Assembly (NCBI GenBank): GCA_034422595.1
Contig: DAOUJO010000003.1
Coordinates: forward strand, 197,761 to 261,760
DNA: 64,000 nt
DNA from: Dehalococcoidia bacterium
Lineage (GTDB): Bacteria > Chloroflexota > Dehalococcoidia > Lucifugimonadales > Australimonadaceae
Reading direction: 5' to 3'
Positions within the stretch are counted from its first letter, which is position 1. Every line of letters starts with the position of its first letter. The position numbers and the translations under genes are program-made. This document shows positions 48,150 to 60,559 of the stretch, in pieces. The notes under the pieces were generated by a model. That model saw nothing but the letters and a program-made list of their open reading frames with translations. It did no database searches and was not told the origin of the DNA.

Positions 48150-48605
48150 TTGTCCGAGCGTTCTCTCGTTCTGCTCAAACCGGATGCGCTCCAGCGCGGC
48201 CTCGCGGGCAGGATCATCTCTCGATTGGAAGACCGTGGGCTGAAGATAGTCGGCATGAAGCTGATGCAGATGGACATGCCGACCGCGCAGCGCCACTACG
48301 CCGAGCACGTGGAGAAGCCGTTCTTCGCGGGGCTCTCCTCGTTCATGATGTCCCGGCCGATCGTCGCGATGGCGGTGGAAGGTAAGAGCGCGGTGGAGGT
48401 CGTCCGCAAGACGATGGGGGCCACGAATCCCCAGAACGCGGAGCCCGGCACCATCCGCGGCGACCTGGCGGTGGACATCGGGCGGAACCTCATCCACGGC
48501 TCCGACTCGCCGGAGTCCGCGGAGCGGGAACTCGCCATCTTCTTCGAGGACGGCGACCTGCTGGACTACCCCCGCGAGATCGAGCCCTGGGTCACTGAAT
48601 CCTGA
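48150..48605 (+). CDS. ndk: nucleoside-diphosphate kinase
   Basis: SERSLVLLKPDALQRGLAGRIISRLEDRGLKIVGMK...NLIHGSDS. TTG start after AAGGAG. Confidence 0.9.
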   Translation: MSERSLVLLKPDALQRGLAGRIISRLEDRGLKIVGMKLMQMDMPTAQRHYAEHVEKPFFAGLSSFMMSRPIVAMAVEGKSAVEVVRKTMGATNPQNAEPGTIRGDLAVDIGRNLIHGSDSPESAERELAIFFEDGDLLDYPREIEPWVTES

Positions 48606-48960
48606 CGAGCTCTCTGCCTGCCCGCCACACCTGCTCCAGCCGGTAGAAGTCCCGCTGCTCCTCGCTGAAGACGTGTACCACTACGTCGCCGAAGTCGAGC
48701 AGCACCCAGCCCGACTCCGCGGAGCCTTCCCGGTGATGGAGCGAAGGCCCCGCCTTCTCCACGGCCTCGATCAGGTCATCCGAGAGCGCGTTCAACTGCC
48801 GTATGCTGCCTGCCGTGAGCACGACCATGTAATCGGCGAACGCGGACACCCCCCGCACGTCCAGCAGCACGATGTTGGAACCTTGCTTGTCTGTCGCCGC
48901 GTCTACGGCCTTGCGTGCCGCCGCGCCTGCGTCCGGGGGTGTGCTCTGCTGCGTTGCCAT
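48592..48960 (-). CDS. rsfS: ribosome silencing factor
   Basis: ...NIVLLDVRGVSAFADYMVVLTAGS...WVLLDFGDVVVHVF... The 3' end overlaps ndk convergently by 14 nt. Confidence 0.85.
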   Translation of the reverse strand: MATQQSTPPDAGAAARKAVDAATDKQGSNIVLLDVRGVSAFADYMVVLTAGSIRQLNALSDDLIEAVEKAGPSLHHREGSAESGWVLLDFGDVVVHVFSEEQRDFYRLEQVWRAGRELVRIQ

Positions 48961-48992
48961 GCAGAGGAGATTATAGGCGGGGCGCTGCTATC

Positions 48993-50210
48993 ATGGACAC
49001 CGACGGCGAGAGGCCGCCGCAACGTATGGGAACGAACGATAGGGCAACAGGGCACGGGAAACGGGTTATCGCCGCGATGTCGGGCGGCGTCGACTCGTCG
49101 GTAGCCGCGTACCTGCTGCACCGGCAGGGCTACGACGTCGTCGGCATCACGATGCGGCTCTGGTCGGCGGACGAGGACGACGTATCGCCGGACCATCAGG
49201 GCTGCTGCTCGATCCAGGATATCGAGGACGCCCGCCGCGTCTGCCATGCGCTCGGCGTGCCGCACTACGTCGTCGACGCCCGGCGCGAGTTCCGTGAGCA
49301 CGTCGTCGCCTACTTCGTGAGCGAGTACGAGCGGGGCCGCACCCCGCACCCCTGCATCGCGTGCAACGACCGCATCAAGTTCGACTTCCTGATGCAGCGC
49401 GCCGCGATGATGGACGCCGACTACGTCGCCACGGGCCACTACGCCCGCATCGAGCGCGACGCCTCCAACGGCGAGTGGACGCTCCGGCAGGGCGTGGACG
49501 CAACGAAGGACCAGTCCTACGTGCTGTTCGGACTCGGGCAGGAGCAGCTGGCGCGTGTCCTGCTGCCGGTGGGCGGCTACGCCAAGGACGAGATCCGTGC
49601 GCTGGCGAGAGAGGCCGGGTTCCATCTCGCCGGCAAGGCGGACAGCCAGGAGATCTGCTTCATCCCCGATGGCGACTACCGACGGTTCATGCGGAAGGAG
49701 TCCGCGCCGGAGCCGGGCGAGGTCGTGGACGCGGCAGGCCGTGTCGTCGGCGAGCACCCGGGCATCGAGTTCTACACCGTCGGCCAGCGGCGCGGCGTCG
49801 GCATTGCGCCGTCGGCTCTTGGTCTGCCCGAGGGCGAGAAGGTCTTCGTTACCGCCGTCGACCCTGAGACGCGGCGCATCACCGTGGGCGGGAGCCGCGA
49901 CCTGCTCCGGCACGGCGTGCGCGTGGGTGGCGTCCGCTACGTCGCGGGCACGCGTCCCGCTGACGGGCACCGGGTCTCCGCCCGCATACGCTACAACGGA
50001 CGCCCTGCATCAGCCGTCCTCCACCACGACGGCGACGGCGCGGTGCTATGGTTCGACGAGCCGCAGCGGGCCATCACACCGGGTCAGGCCGCCGTCTTCT
50101 ACGACGGCGACCGCGTGCTTGGCGGCGGTTTCATAGAGGGCCCGGCGGAAGCATGGCTGCCATCCATCGTTGAGAAGAACGGCCCGGCCGGAGTACCGGC
50201 TGCCGTCTGA
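48993..50210 (+). CDS. mnmA: tRNA-specific 2-thiouridylase
   Basis: ...RVIAAMSGGVDSSVAAYLL... PP-loop, and ...DQSYVLF... The start is uncertain: ATG 48993, with an alternative at 49026. Confidence 0.9.
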   Translation: MDTDGERPPQRMGTNDRATGHGKRVIAAMSGGVDSSVAAYLLHRQGYDVVGITMRLWSADEDDVSPDHQGCCSIQDIEDARRVCHALGVPHYVVDARREFREHVVAYFVSEYERGRTPHPCIACNDRIKFDFLMQRAAMMDADYVATGHYARIERDASNGEWTLRQGVDATKDQSYVLFGLGQEQLARVLLPVGGYAKDEIRALAREAGFHLAGKADSQEICFIPDGDYRRFMRKESAPEPGEVVDAAGRVVGEHPGIEFYTVGQRRGVGIAPSALGLPEGEKVFVTAVDPETRRITVGGSRDLLRHGVRVGGVRYVAGTRPADGHRVSARIRYNGRPASAVLHHDGDGAVLWFDEPQRAITPGQAAVFYDGDRVLGGGFIEGPAEAWLPSIVEKNGPAGVPAAV

Positions 50211-50279
50211 GGCCGGACGACGAACGGACATCCGATCCCCACGCAGAGCGAGGAGCGCCGCCTCCTGCTGGAAGGCTAC

Positions 50280-50864
50280 GTGCGTATCGCGGGCGTGGAC
50301 GAGGTGGGGCGCGGTCCCATCGCCGGGCCGGTCGTCGCCAGCGCCGTCGTCCTCCCCGACCTGACCGGGTTCGAGCACGACGACCTGCTGCTCCTGCGCG
50401 ACAGCAAGACGCTCAAGCCCACCGAGTTGCGCCGCGCCGATCGCCTCGTGCGCGGCATCGCCCTTGCCATCGGTATCGGCGAGGCGAGCAACGAGGAGAT
50501 CGACAGCGAGGGCATCGCTCCCGCCTCCCGCATCGCGATGCGCAGGGCGCTCGAATGCCTCGCGGAGCCTCCCGACCACGTGCTCGTGGACGCGTTCCCG
50601 CTCGACTGGAAGCGCAAGCCGTGTACCGCCATCGTGAAGGGCGACGCGCTCTGCACCGCCATAGCCGCCGCCTCCATCGTGGCGAAGGTCTACCGCGACA
50701 GACTGATGCGGAGGCTGGACAGACGCTACCCGGGGTACGGCCTGAGCGCACACAAGGGCTACGCCTCGGCCCGGCACCTCGCAGCCGTCGCGGAGAGGGG
50801 GCCGTCGCCCGTGCACCGGCTTACGTTCTCGCCGTTCAAACCGGTGCTGTTCACCGATGCCTAG
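50280..50864 (+). CDS. rnhB: ribonuclease HII
   Basis: RIAGVDEVGRGPIAGPVVASAVV...DSKTL... GTG start is uncertain; there is no in-frame ATG/GTG/TTG between the mnmA stop and 50280. Confidence 0.85.
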   Translation: MRIAGVDEVGRGPIAGPVVASAVVLPDLTGFEHDDLLLLRDSKTLKPTELRRADRLVRGIALAIGIGEASNEEIDSEGIAPASRIAMRRALECLAEPPDHVLVDAFPLDWKRKPCTAIVKGDALCTAIAAASIVAKVYRDRLMRRLDRRYPGYGLSAHKGYASARHLAAVAERGPSPVHRLTFSPFKPVLFTDA

Positions 50865-51231
50865 CCCGCGCTCCAGACTCGGCGCGCAGGGCGAGCGGAT
50901 CGCATCGGCGCACCTCGAATCGCTCGGACTCGTCATCGAGACGCGGAACTACCGCACGCGGTACGGCGAGATAGACCTCGTCGCCCGTGACGGCGTGGAA
51001 GTCGTATTCGTCGAGGTGCGCACGAAGCGCAGCGCCGCCTTCGGCACGCCGGAGGAGTCGCTGACCCGTCGCAAGCAGGCGCGGCTCGTCCATGCCGCGA
51101 AGGAATACCTGGCCGCGCACGGGCTTGCCACCGCCTCGTGGCGGGTTGACTTCGTCGCCATCACCCTGCAGCCCGACGGCCCGGCGCAGATATCGCACAT
51201 CGAGTCTGCGGTGGAGGACCCGGGCGGCTAG
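50857..51231 (+). CDS. yraN: YraN family endonuclease (UPF0102)
   Basis: ...GERIASAHLESLGLVIETRNYRTRYGEIDLVARDGVEVVFVEVRT... Overlaps rnhB by 8 nt. Confidence 0.8.
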   Translation: MPSPRSRLGAQGERIASAHLESLGLVIETRNYRTRYGEIDLVARDGVEVVFVEVRTKRSAAFGTPEESLTRRKQARLVHAAKEYLAAHGLATASWRVDFVAITLQPDGPAQISHIESAVEDPGG

Positions 51232-51241
51232 GAGAGGCTGG

Positions 51242-52075
51242 CTACTCGCCTTTCCAGAGCGCGAAGCCGATGACGCCCGGGCCGGTGTGGGCGCCGACCG
51301 ATGCGCCCACCGGAGCGCTGATCACGGGATTGGCCGTGAACTGGGCGAGGTGCTCGGCCATCGCCCCCGCTTCCTCGTCCGAAACCCGGTGTATCACCGC
51401 AGCTTCCCGGTACGGAGCCTTCTCCGCCCCGATGGCGCGCATGCGTTGCACCGCCTTGGCCGTGGTGCGCACCTTCTCCTTCGGGTGTACCTCGCCGTCC
51501 ACCAGCGTCAATATCGGCTTCATGGACAGCAGCGACCCCAGCAGCGCCTGCGCCCCGCCGATGCGGCCTCCGCGCTTCAGGTATTCCAGGGTTTCAGGCA
51601 CGAAGTACACCTCTGTATTGGCCGCCGCGTTGCGCGCGGCCTCCGCCGCTCCCGCCGCATCCGCGCCTCCTGAGATCGCGTCCGCTGCGGCCTTCGCCGC
51701 GAGCGCGGCGCCCATCGACGCAAGCTCGGTGTCCACTATCTCCACCGTGGTGTTCGGCAGCTCCTCGGCTGCGAGGCGCGCCGAGTTGACCGTCCCGCTC
51801 AGCTTGCCCGAAACGTGCACGGAGACGATGTCGTGGCCTGCCTCCGCAAGTGGTCTGTAGACGTCCAGGAAGTCCCCTACAGAGGGCTGGGTCGTGGTGG
51901 GCATGATGTTGCCCGTGGTGAGCCGGTTGAAGAACTCGTCCTTGGTGATCTCCACGCCGTCCTTGAACGCTTCGGCGCCGAAGAACACTGTGCAGGGCAC
52001 CACAGAGATACCGAGCTCCTTGGCGAGTTCTGCCGGGATGTCCGAAGCGCTGTCGGCTACGACTTTAACTGCCAT
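51242..52075 (-). CDS. DegV family fatty-acid-binding protein
   Basis: MAVKVVADSASDIPAELAKELGISVVP...TTQPS... ATG at 52075 after AAGGAGG. Confidence 0.85.
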   Translation of the reverse strand: MAVKVVADSASDIPAELAKELGISVVPCTVFFGAEAFKDGVEITKDEFFNRLTTGNIMPTTTQPSVGDFLDVYRPLAEAGHDIVSVHVSGKLSGTVNSARLAAEELPNTTVEIVDTELASMGAALAAKAAADAISGGADAAGAAEAARNAAANTEVYFVPETLEYLKRGGRIGGAQALLGSLLSMKPILTLVDGEVHPKEKVRTTAKAVQRMRAIGAEKAPYREAAVIHRVSDEEAGAMAEHLAQFTANPVISAPVGASVGAHTGPGVIGFALWKGE

Positions 52076-52123
52076 GCTGTCCTCCTTCACCGTCTCCGTG
52101 TTCGATGGAGACGCTGTCTCCCA

Positions 52124-53779
52124 CTATTCGATGGAGACGAGGTAATGATAGTGCGGCTGCCCGCCTTCGTGTACTTCTACCTCGATACCGCCGGAGCGCG
52201 CACCGATGGCTGCTGCCGCTTCTTCAGCCGTTTCCCCGGCCAGCCCCGCGCCGTAGAAGAGCGTCACCAGCGCGCCGTCGTCGAGTTCGGCGGCGTCCAG
52301 CATCGCGGCGAGCGCGTCGTTCGGGCTCGCCGCGGCTGCGGCGAGTCCGCCGTCTAGTATCGCTATCGCCTGCCCCTCCTCGACGTCCACGCCGTCTATC
52401 GTCGTGGAGCGCACCGCCGTCGTGATTTCGCCCGACCGCACGCTGTCCAGCGCGCCCCGCATAGCTTCGGCGTTCTCCTCGCCGTCCAGGTCGGGATTGA
52501 ACGCCAGCATCGCCGCCATGCCCTGCGCGATGTTGCGGGACGGCACGACAGCGATTGGTGTGTCGGAGAGCTCCGCGGCCTGCTCCGCCGCGAGCACGAT
52601 GTTCTTGTTGTTCGGCAGCACGATGGTGAACGCGGCGTTCGTCTTCTGCACCGCGGCGATGATGTCGGCCGCGCTCGGGTTCATCGTCTGGCCGCCGGAC
52701 ACCGTCGCAGCCGCCCCGAGGCTCCGGAAGACGCGTGCGATGCCGTCACCCGGTGCGACCGGTATGACCGCGAGTTCCGTGACCTCGGCCTGCTCCGGCG
52801 CATCCTCGCGGTAGCCGTGGAGCGCCATGAACTCCTGGTGCTGCAGGTCCATGTTCTGGATGTTGATCTGGTCGAGCGCGCCCAGCTCTGCCCCAATGCT
52901 CAGCAGTGGCCCCGGGTCATCCGCGTGGGCGTGCACCCGCACGACACGGTCGTCGCCCACTACGACGGTCGACATCGCCAGCGTCATCACACGCTCGCGC
53001 ACCGCGTCGGGGTCGAGCCCTTCGCCATGCACGACGAACTGCGTGCAGTAGCCGTACATCTCCTCTTCCGTGTGTTCGAGAAACTCGTGGCTCACGTTCG
53101 CGGCAGCGCTTTCCAGTCCACCCTCCGGCGCGGTGATGCGCAGGACTATCTGCTCCTCGCTCACGAAGTTGACCATCCCCGCGAGGAACGCCACGACGCC
53201 CTGACCGCCCGCGTCCACGACCCCAGCCTGCTTGAGGATGGGCAGTTGCTCCGGCGTGTATGCCAGCGCGCGCTCGGCGGCCTCGTAGGCGGTGCGCAGC
53301 ACGTCCGGTGTGTCCGGCGTGCCGTCCGGCGGGTGGACGGCCTCCGCCGCTGCCCGCATCACGCTCAGCATCGTGCCCTCGACCGGGTTGCCGACCGCCT
53401 GGTAGCCGGCGTCGGCGGCGGCCTGCAGCGCCGTCGCGAACGCTGCGCCGTCCGCGCGTTCGCACTCTGCAAGCCCGCCGGCGAGTCCCTTCATGAACTG
53501 GGAGAAGATGACGCCGCTGTTGCCGCGAGCGCCGAGCAGCGCCCCGCGGGCGATCGCGCTGCTCATCGAGCCAACGGTGGCCGACGCCGCGTCCGGCACT
53601 TCCGCAGAGGTCGCCGCGCGCAGCGTCAGCAGCATGTTGATGCCGGTATCGCCGTCCGGCACCGGAAAGACGTTGAGCGCGTTGATGGCGTCGACGTTGG
53701 CTTCGAGGCAGCCTGCGCCGGCGAAGATGAGCTGACGGAAGTCCTGCGCGTCGAACGCGGAAGAGGCGTGTTCGTTCAT
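52124..53779 (-). CDS. yloV: DAK2-domain fusion protein YloV
   Basis: ...VFPVPDGDTGINM...GNSGVI... Dak2 N-terminal half plus a YloV C-terminal half. It is divergent from rpmB, as in B. subtilis. Confidence 0.85.
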   Translation of the reverse strand: MNEHASSAFDAQDFRQLIFAGAGCLEANVDAINALNVFPVPDGDTGINMLLTLRAATSAEVPDAASATVGSMSSAIARGALLGARGNSGVIFSQFMKGLAGGLAECERADGAAFATALQAAADAGYQAVGNPVEGTMLSVMRAAAEAVHPPDGTPDTPDVLRTAYEAAERALAYTPEQLPILKQAGVVDAGGQGVVAFLAGMVNFVSEEQIVLRITAPEGGLESAAANVSHEFLEHTEEEMYGYCTQFVVHGEGLDPDAVRERVMTLAMSTVVVGDDRVVRVHAHADDPGPLLSIGAELGALDQINIQNMDLQHQEFMALHGYREDAPEQAEVTELAVIPVAPGDGIARVFRSLGAAATVSGGQTMNPSAADIIAAVQKTNAAFTIVLPNNKNIVLAAEQAAELSDTPIAVVPSRNIAQGMAAMLAFNPDLDGEENAEAMRGALDSVRSGEITTAVRSTTIDGVDVEEGQAIAILDGGLAAAAASPNDALAAMLDAAELDDGALVTLFYGAGLAGETAEEAAAAIGARSGGIEVEVHEGGQPHYHYLVSIE

Positions 53780-53880
53780 GGTTCGCCAGCGGCGCCAGAG
53801 CGTGCTACACTATGCGTCTGCGCCTCGTTGAGGGTGCGCGCATTCTAACCCCGCCGGGCACTCCGGCGACAGAGAGCGTC

Positions 53881-54075
53881 ATGGCCAGTTGTGAACTATG
53901 CGGAGCCCGCCGCCGGGCAGGCAAGAACGTCAGCCACTCGAACCGGCACACGAACCGCTGGTTCTTCCCGAACATCCAGCGCGCCATGCTGACCATCGGC
54001 GGCAAGCAGAAGCGGATGAACGTCTGCACCCGCTGCCTCCGCACCATGCAGAACAAGCGGATGCTCTCGGCCTAG
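53881..54075 (+). CDS. rpmB: 50S ribosomal protein L28
   Basis: MASCELCGARRRAGKNVSHSNRHTNRWFFPNIQ... The track start at 53812 was rejected. Confidence 0.9.
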   Translation: MASCELCGARRRAGKNVSHSNRHTNRWFFPNIQRAMLTIGGKQKRMNVCTRCLRTMQNKRMLSA

Positions 54076-54094
54076 ACCTTCCGTCCCCGGTTTC

Positions 54095-55324
54095 CTACCC
54101 CTCTTCCCCCAGTTCGAACGCGTCGTGCAGTGTGCGCACGGCGTCGTTCACCTGCGTCTCGTCGACGACGCACGTGATGCGTATCTGCGACGTCGTGATC
54201 ATCTCGATGTTCACGCCCGCCTCCGCGAGCGCGGAGAACATGACGGCGGCGACGCCCGGTGCGTTCTGCATGCCGGTGCCGACGATGCTCACCTGCCCCA
54301 GGTTGTCGTGCGAGACGCACTCGCCCGCGCCGATGGTCCCGGCGACGCCCTCCGTCACTTGGAGCGCCGCGCGCAGGTCGCCCTGGTCGACGGTGAAAGA
54401 GAGGTCGGTGAGCCGCTCGGCGCTCGCGTTCTGGACGATGGTGTCCACGCTGATGTTGGACTCCGCCAGCGGCTCGAACACCGCGGCGGCGATGCCGGGG
54501 CGGTCCGGTACGGCGCGCAGCGTGATGCGCGCCACCCCGCGCTCGTAGGTGACTCCCCGCACTTTGTTCGCGACTTCCATCCCTTCTCCTTCCGGCGCAA
54601 CCTCATGGATCAGCGTGCCCGGCACGTCCCGCGCGCTCGACGCCACCAGCACGGGCGTGTTGTACCACGCCGCCAGCTCGATCGAACGCGGGTGCATCTT
54701 CGCGCCGTAGCTCGCCAGTTCCAGCATCTCCTCGTAACCGATCTCCGACAGCTTGCGGGCGTCCGGCACGATGCGCGGGTCGGCGGTGTAGATGCCGTCG
54801 ACGTCCGTGTACACCTCGCAACGCTCGGCTCCGAGCGCCGCCGCCAGCGCGACCGCCGTCGTATCCGACCCGCCGCGCCCCAGCGTGGTCACGTCCATCT
54901 CGTGCGTAACGCCCTGGAACCCCGCGACGATGACGATGCGCCCGGCGTCCAGCGCCTGCTGCACGCGCTCCGCGTCGAACTCGACGATGGAGGCGCTTCC
55001 GTGCGCGGTGTCCGTGCGGATGCCCGCCTGCGCCCCGCTCATGCTGACGGCCTCTTCCCCGATCTCCCGGAGCGCCATCGTGACGAGCGTGCAGGAGACC
55101 AGCTCGCCGGTCGAGAGCAGCACGTCCAGCTCGCGCGGGTCCGGCGCGTCGCTGATCGACTCCGCGAGTTCGATGAGCCGGTCGGTCGTGTCCCCCATCG
55201 CAGAGACCACGACCGCGATGCTGTTCCCCGCGCGCCGCGCAGCCGCGATGCGCTCCGCAACGTGGCGGATCTTCTCCGCGTCGCCGACGGACGTGCCGCC
55301 GTACTTCTGCACGAGGACGGCCAT
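54095..55324 (-). CDS. lysC: aspartate kinase (with C-terminal ACT domains)
   Basis: MAVLVQKYGGTSVGDAEKIRHVA...VVSAMGDTTD... Confidence 0.9.
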   Translation of the reverse strand: MAVLVQKYGGTSVGDAEKIRHVAERIAAARRAGNSIAVVVSAMGDTTDRLIELAESISDAPDPRELDVLLSTGELVSCTLVTMALREIGEEAVSMSGAQAGIRTDTAHGSASIVEFDAERVQQALDAGRIVIVAGFQGVTHEMDVTTLGRGGSDTTAVALAAALGAERCEVYTDVDGIYTADPRIVPDARKLSEIGYEEMLELASYGAKMHPRSIELAAWYNTPVLVASSARDVPGTLIHEVAPEGEGMEVANKVRGVTYERGVARITLRAVPDRPGIAAAVFEPLAESNISVDTIVQNASAERLTDLSFTVDQGDLRAALQVTEGVAGTIGAGECVSHDNLGQVSIVGTGMQNAPGVAAVMFSALAEAGVNIEMITTSQIRITCVVDETQVNDAVRTLHDAFELGEEG

Positions 55325-56254
55325 CTACTCGAGTCCCTTGGGGTGCGGTATCACTTCCGCGCCGCCCCGCGCGGGCTTCAGCACCTGGAAGGTGCCGGTA
55401 AGGCCGGACTTGTCGCCGGCGTCCGCCATCTCGTAGCCGATGGTGAACGCCCGGTTCTCGCCCTGTTTCGTGAACGCGACGACGGACGACCCCGCGCCGG
55501 AGAGGAAGACTCCGCGTGCGCCCGCCGCCAGCGCATGGTCGAAGATGACCTTCATCTGGCGGTACACCTGCTGACGCTGCGGCTGGTGCAGCCTGTCCTG
55601 CGTCGCGAGCCGGAGGTACTCCGGACGGTCGAGCGTGAGGCTCGCCACGAGCAGGGCGGTGCGCCCGGCGTTGAAGACGGCGTCCGCGCGCGGGACCTCG
55701 GGACCGAGGATGTTCCGGGCCTCGTGCGTCGCCATCGGCGTATCGGGGATGTAGACGACGCACTGCAGGTCCTTCGGCAGCGGAACGGGCGCCGCGTGGA
55801 CGGTCTCGCCGTCCGCGACGACGATGCTCATGCCGCCCATGAGCGCCGGCGCGACGTTGTCCGGGTGCCCCTCGATCTCCGTGGCCAATTCCAGCAGCCG
55901 GTGTGGCGAGAGCGGATAGCCGAGCAGCGCGTTCGCGGCGTAGATGCCGCCCACGATGGCCGCCGAACTGCTGCCGAGTCCCCTGCTGAGCGGGATCTCC
56001 TGCCACGCCTCTATCGAGAGGCTGCGCCCGGCGTTGCCGGTCTCGATCAGCACGCGCTCCGCGGAGCGGTACATGAGGTTGCCGGGGTCGCGCCGCAGGT
56101 GCTCCGCGCCCAGCCCGTGCAGGCTGAGCACCGGCTCGTCGGCCCAGCCCACGCGCATCGTGTTCCAGAGCGACAGCGCCATGCCGAGGCAGTCGAAGCC
56201 CGGCCCGAGGTTCGCTGTGGTCGCGGGAACGCGGATGGTGAGTACGTCTGACAT
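55325..56254 (-). CDS. thrB: homoserine kinase
   Basis: MSDVLTIRVPATTANLGPGFDCLG...PLSRGLGSSSAA is the GHMP motif. ATG at 56254. The stop abuts the lysC start. Confidence 0.85.
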   Translation of the reverse strand: MSDVLTIRVPATTANLGPGFDCLGMALSLWNTMRVGWADEPVLSLHGLGAEHLRRDPGNLMYRSAERVLIETGNAGRSLSIEAWQEIPLSRGLGSSSAAIVGGIYAANALLGYPLSPHRLLELATEIEGHPDNVAPALMGGMSIVVADGETVHAAPVPLPKDLQCVVYIPDTPMATHEARNILGPEVPRADAVFNAGRTALLVASLTLDRPEYLRLATQDRLHQPQRQQVYRQMKVIFDHALAAGARGVFLSGAGSSVVAFTKQGENRAFTIGYEMADAGDKSGLTGTFQVLKPARGGAEVIPHPKGLE

Positions 56255-56338
56255 GGAAGCGGGGCGCGCCGTCTCCGGCTGCCCCGCGATTATACAGGCT
56301 ATCCCGCACCGCACACGGAGGGGAGGCGGGGCGTGGGG

Positions 56339-59176
<2,838 letters not shown>

Positions 59177-59278
59177 GCGGCTCCTTTCACGCTATGGGGG
59201 GAGTGGCCGCCGAACTACCACAACATGTGGTGGGCGGGGGGACTTCCGTCTCCCAGATGTGCCGAAATAGTCTCAGGC

Positions 59279-59287
59279 ATTATAGCA
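59279..59287 (-). promoter_or_regulatory. extended -10 promoter element upstream of gyrA
   Basis: Minus strand reads TGCTATAAT, about 100 nt upstream of the gyrA ATG. Confidence 0.4.
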
Positions 59288-59342
59288 AAACGTATCTGCA
59301 ACCCCCAACAACCCCGTGACATCCATTTTGGCGCGGTCTACG

Positions 59343-59870
59343 TCACGCGCCCGGGTAGCCCTTGTAGATCGCTACCGGCAGCCGCGACCACCGCAGATGC
59401 TCGATCAGCAGCGTGTCGCCCTCCTCGAACATCCGGTACGTCGACAGGTCGATCGGAAAGCGGACGCGCCCCAGCGCCGTCACGTACGGCTTCGGCGGCA
59501 GCGGGTTGAGCGGATGCCGCTTCGCGATAGGCCCCAGCCTGCCCGGAACGAACCCGTGCCGCGCGTACAGCTCGAACCCGCCCAGCAGCGTCCGCGTGAA
59601 GAAGAGCACCGCGATCACGAGGAACACCGACGCCAGTATCGACGACCCGCCTATCGGGAACGCCTGCGCAGGCACGAGCAGGATGACGGCGATGACCGCG
59701 AAGATGAGGTTGCGCGTCGTCGGCTTGATGAGGTCGCCCCGTTCGGACGCCCACGCGAGCCGGAACTGCATCCCGCAGTGCACGCACTTGGCCTCGCCCG
59801 TCAGGTACAGGTGCCGGCACTCGCCGGACGCGTCCACCTGCTGCTGCGGCTGAACGTTCCGCCGTCTCAT
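59343..59870 (-). CDS. hypothetical membrane protein with N-terminal zinc-ribbon-like CxxxxH...CxxC and two TM segments
   Basis: MRRRNVQPQQQVDASGECRHLYLTGEAKCVHCGMQF... then NLIFAVIAVILLVPAQAF and ILASVFLVIAVLFF. The start overlaps the upstream stop (ATGA). Confidence 0.5.
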   Translation of the reverse strand: MRRRNVQPQQQVDASGECRHLYLTGEAKCVHCGMQFRLAWASERGDLIKPTTRNLIFAVIAVILLVPAQAFPIGGSSILASVFLVIAVLFFTRTLLGGFELYARHGFVPGRLGPIAKRHPLNPLPPKPYVTALGRVRFPIDLSTYRMFEEGDTLLIEHLRWSRLPVAIYKGYPGA

Positions 59871-60556
59871 CTCGGCATCTCTCCTGCTTCGTAGCGCTCC
59901 GCCCACCCGGCGAGCCACTCGAACAGCTTGCGGAAGCTCTTCGGCACCTCGTCCTCGCGCTCCGGGTGGCACTGCACTCCCAAGAGCCACGGATGCTCCG
60001 GACTCTCCAGCGCCTCCACGATGCCGTCCTCCGGGTGGTACGCCGACGCCATCAAGGACGGCGCGCGCTGCGCTTCCTTCAGCCCCTGGTGGTGACGGCT
60101 GTTCGTGCGGTAGATCGCGCCCGCGCCGATGATGGCCCCGAACCGGCTTCCCGGCGACACGTACACCTGGTGCACCGCCGACTGGAACTCCGGCAGCGTG
60201 TGCCCCGGCAGGTCCTGGATCAGCCTGCCGCCCATCGCCACGTTGATCAGCTGCATGCCCCGGCATATCCCCAGCGTGGGCATCTCCTCCTCTATCGCGT
60301 AGCGGAACAACGCCATCTCCATCTCGTCGCGCTCCGGCTCGATGCCCATCGACCCGTCGAGCGCTTCGCCGTAGAGGGCCGGGTCGACGTCGCCGCCGCC
60401 GGTCAGCAGCAGACCGGAGACGCCGTCCATCGCCTCCTCGATCGACGTGAAGCGCTCAGGCGTCAGCACCCGGACCTGTGCCCCGCGCGACTCGAGCGAC
60501 GCAACGTACCTGCCCGCGCTGCTGCCGTTGGACGTCGTTACGCCGATGAGCGCCAC
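59867..60556 (-). CDS. class I glutamine amidotransferase, peptidase C26 (gamma-glutamyl hydrolase / PuuD-like)
   Basis: ...LLLTGGGDVDP...GICRGMQLINVAMGG...VQCHPE... is the Cys-His-Glu triad pattern. GTG start. Confidence 0.8.
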   Translation of the reverse strand: MALIGVTTSNGSSAGRYVASLESRGAQVRVLTPERFTSIEEAMDGVSGLLLTGGGDVDPALYGEALDGSMGIEPERDEMEMALFRYAIEEEMPTLGICRGMQLINVAMGGRLIQDLPGHTLPEFQSAVHQVYVSPGSRFGAIIGAGAIYRTNSRHHQGLKEAQRAPSLMASAYHPEDGIVEALESPEHPWLLGVQCHPEREDEVPKSFRKLFEWLAGWAERYEAGEMPR

Positions 60557-60559
60557 GCG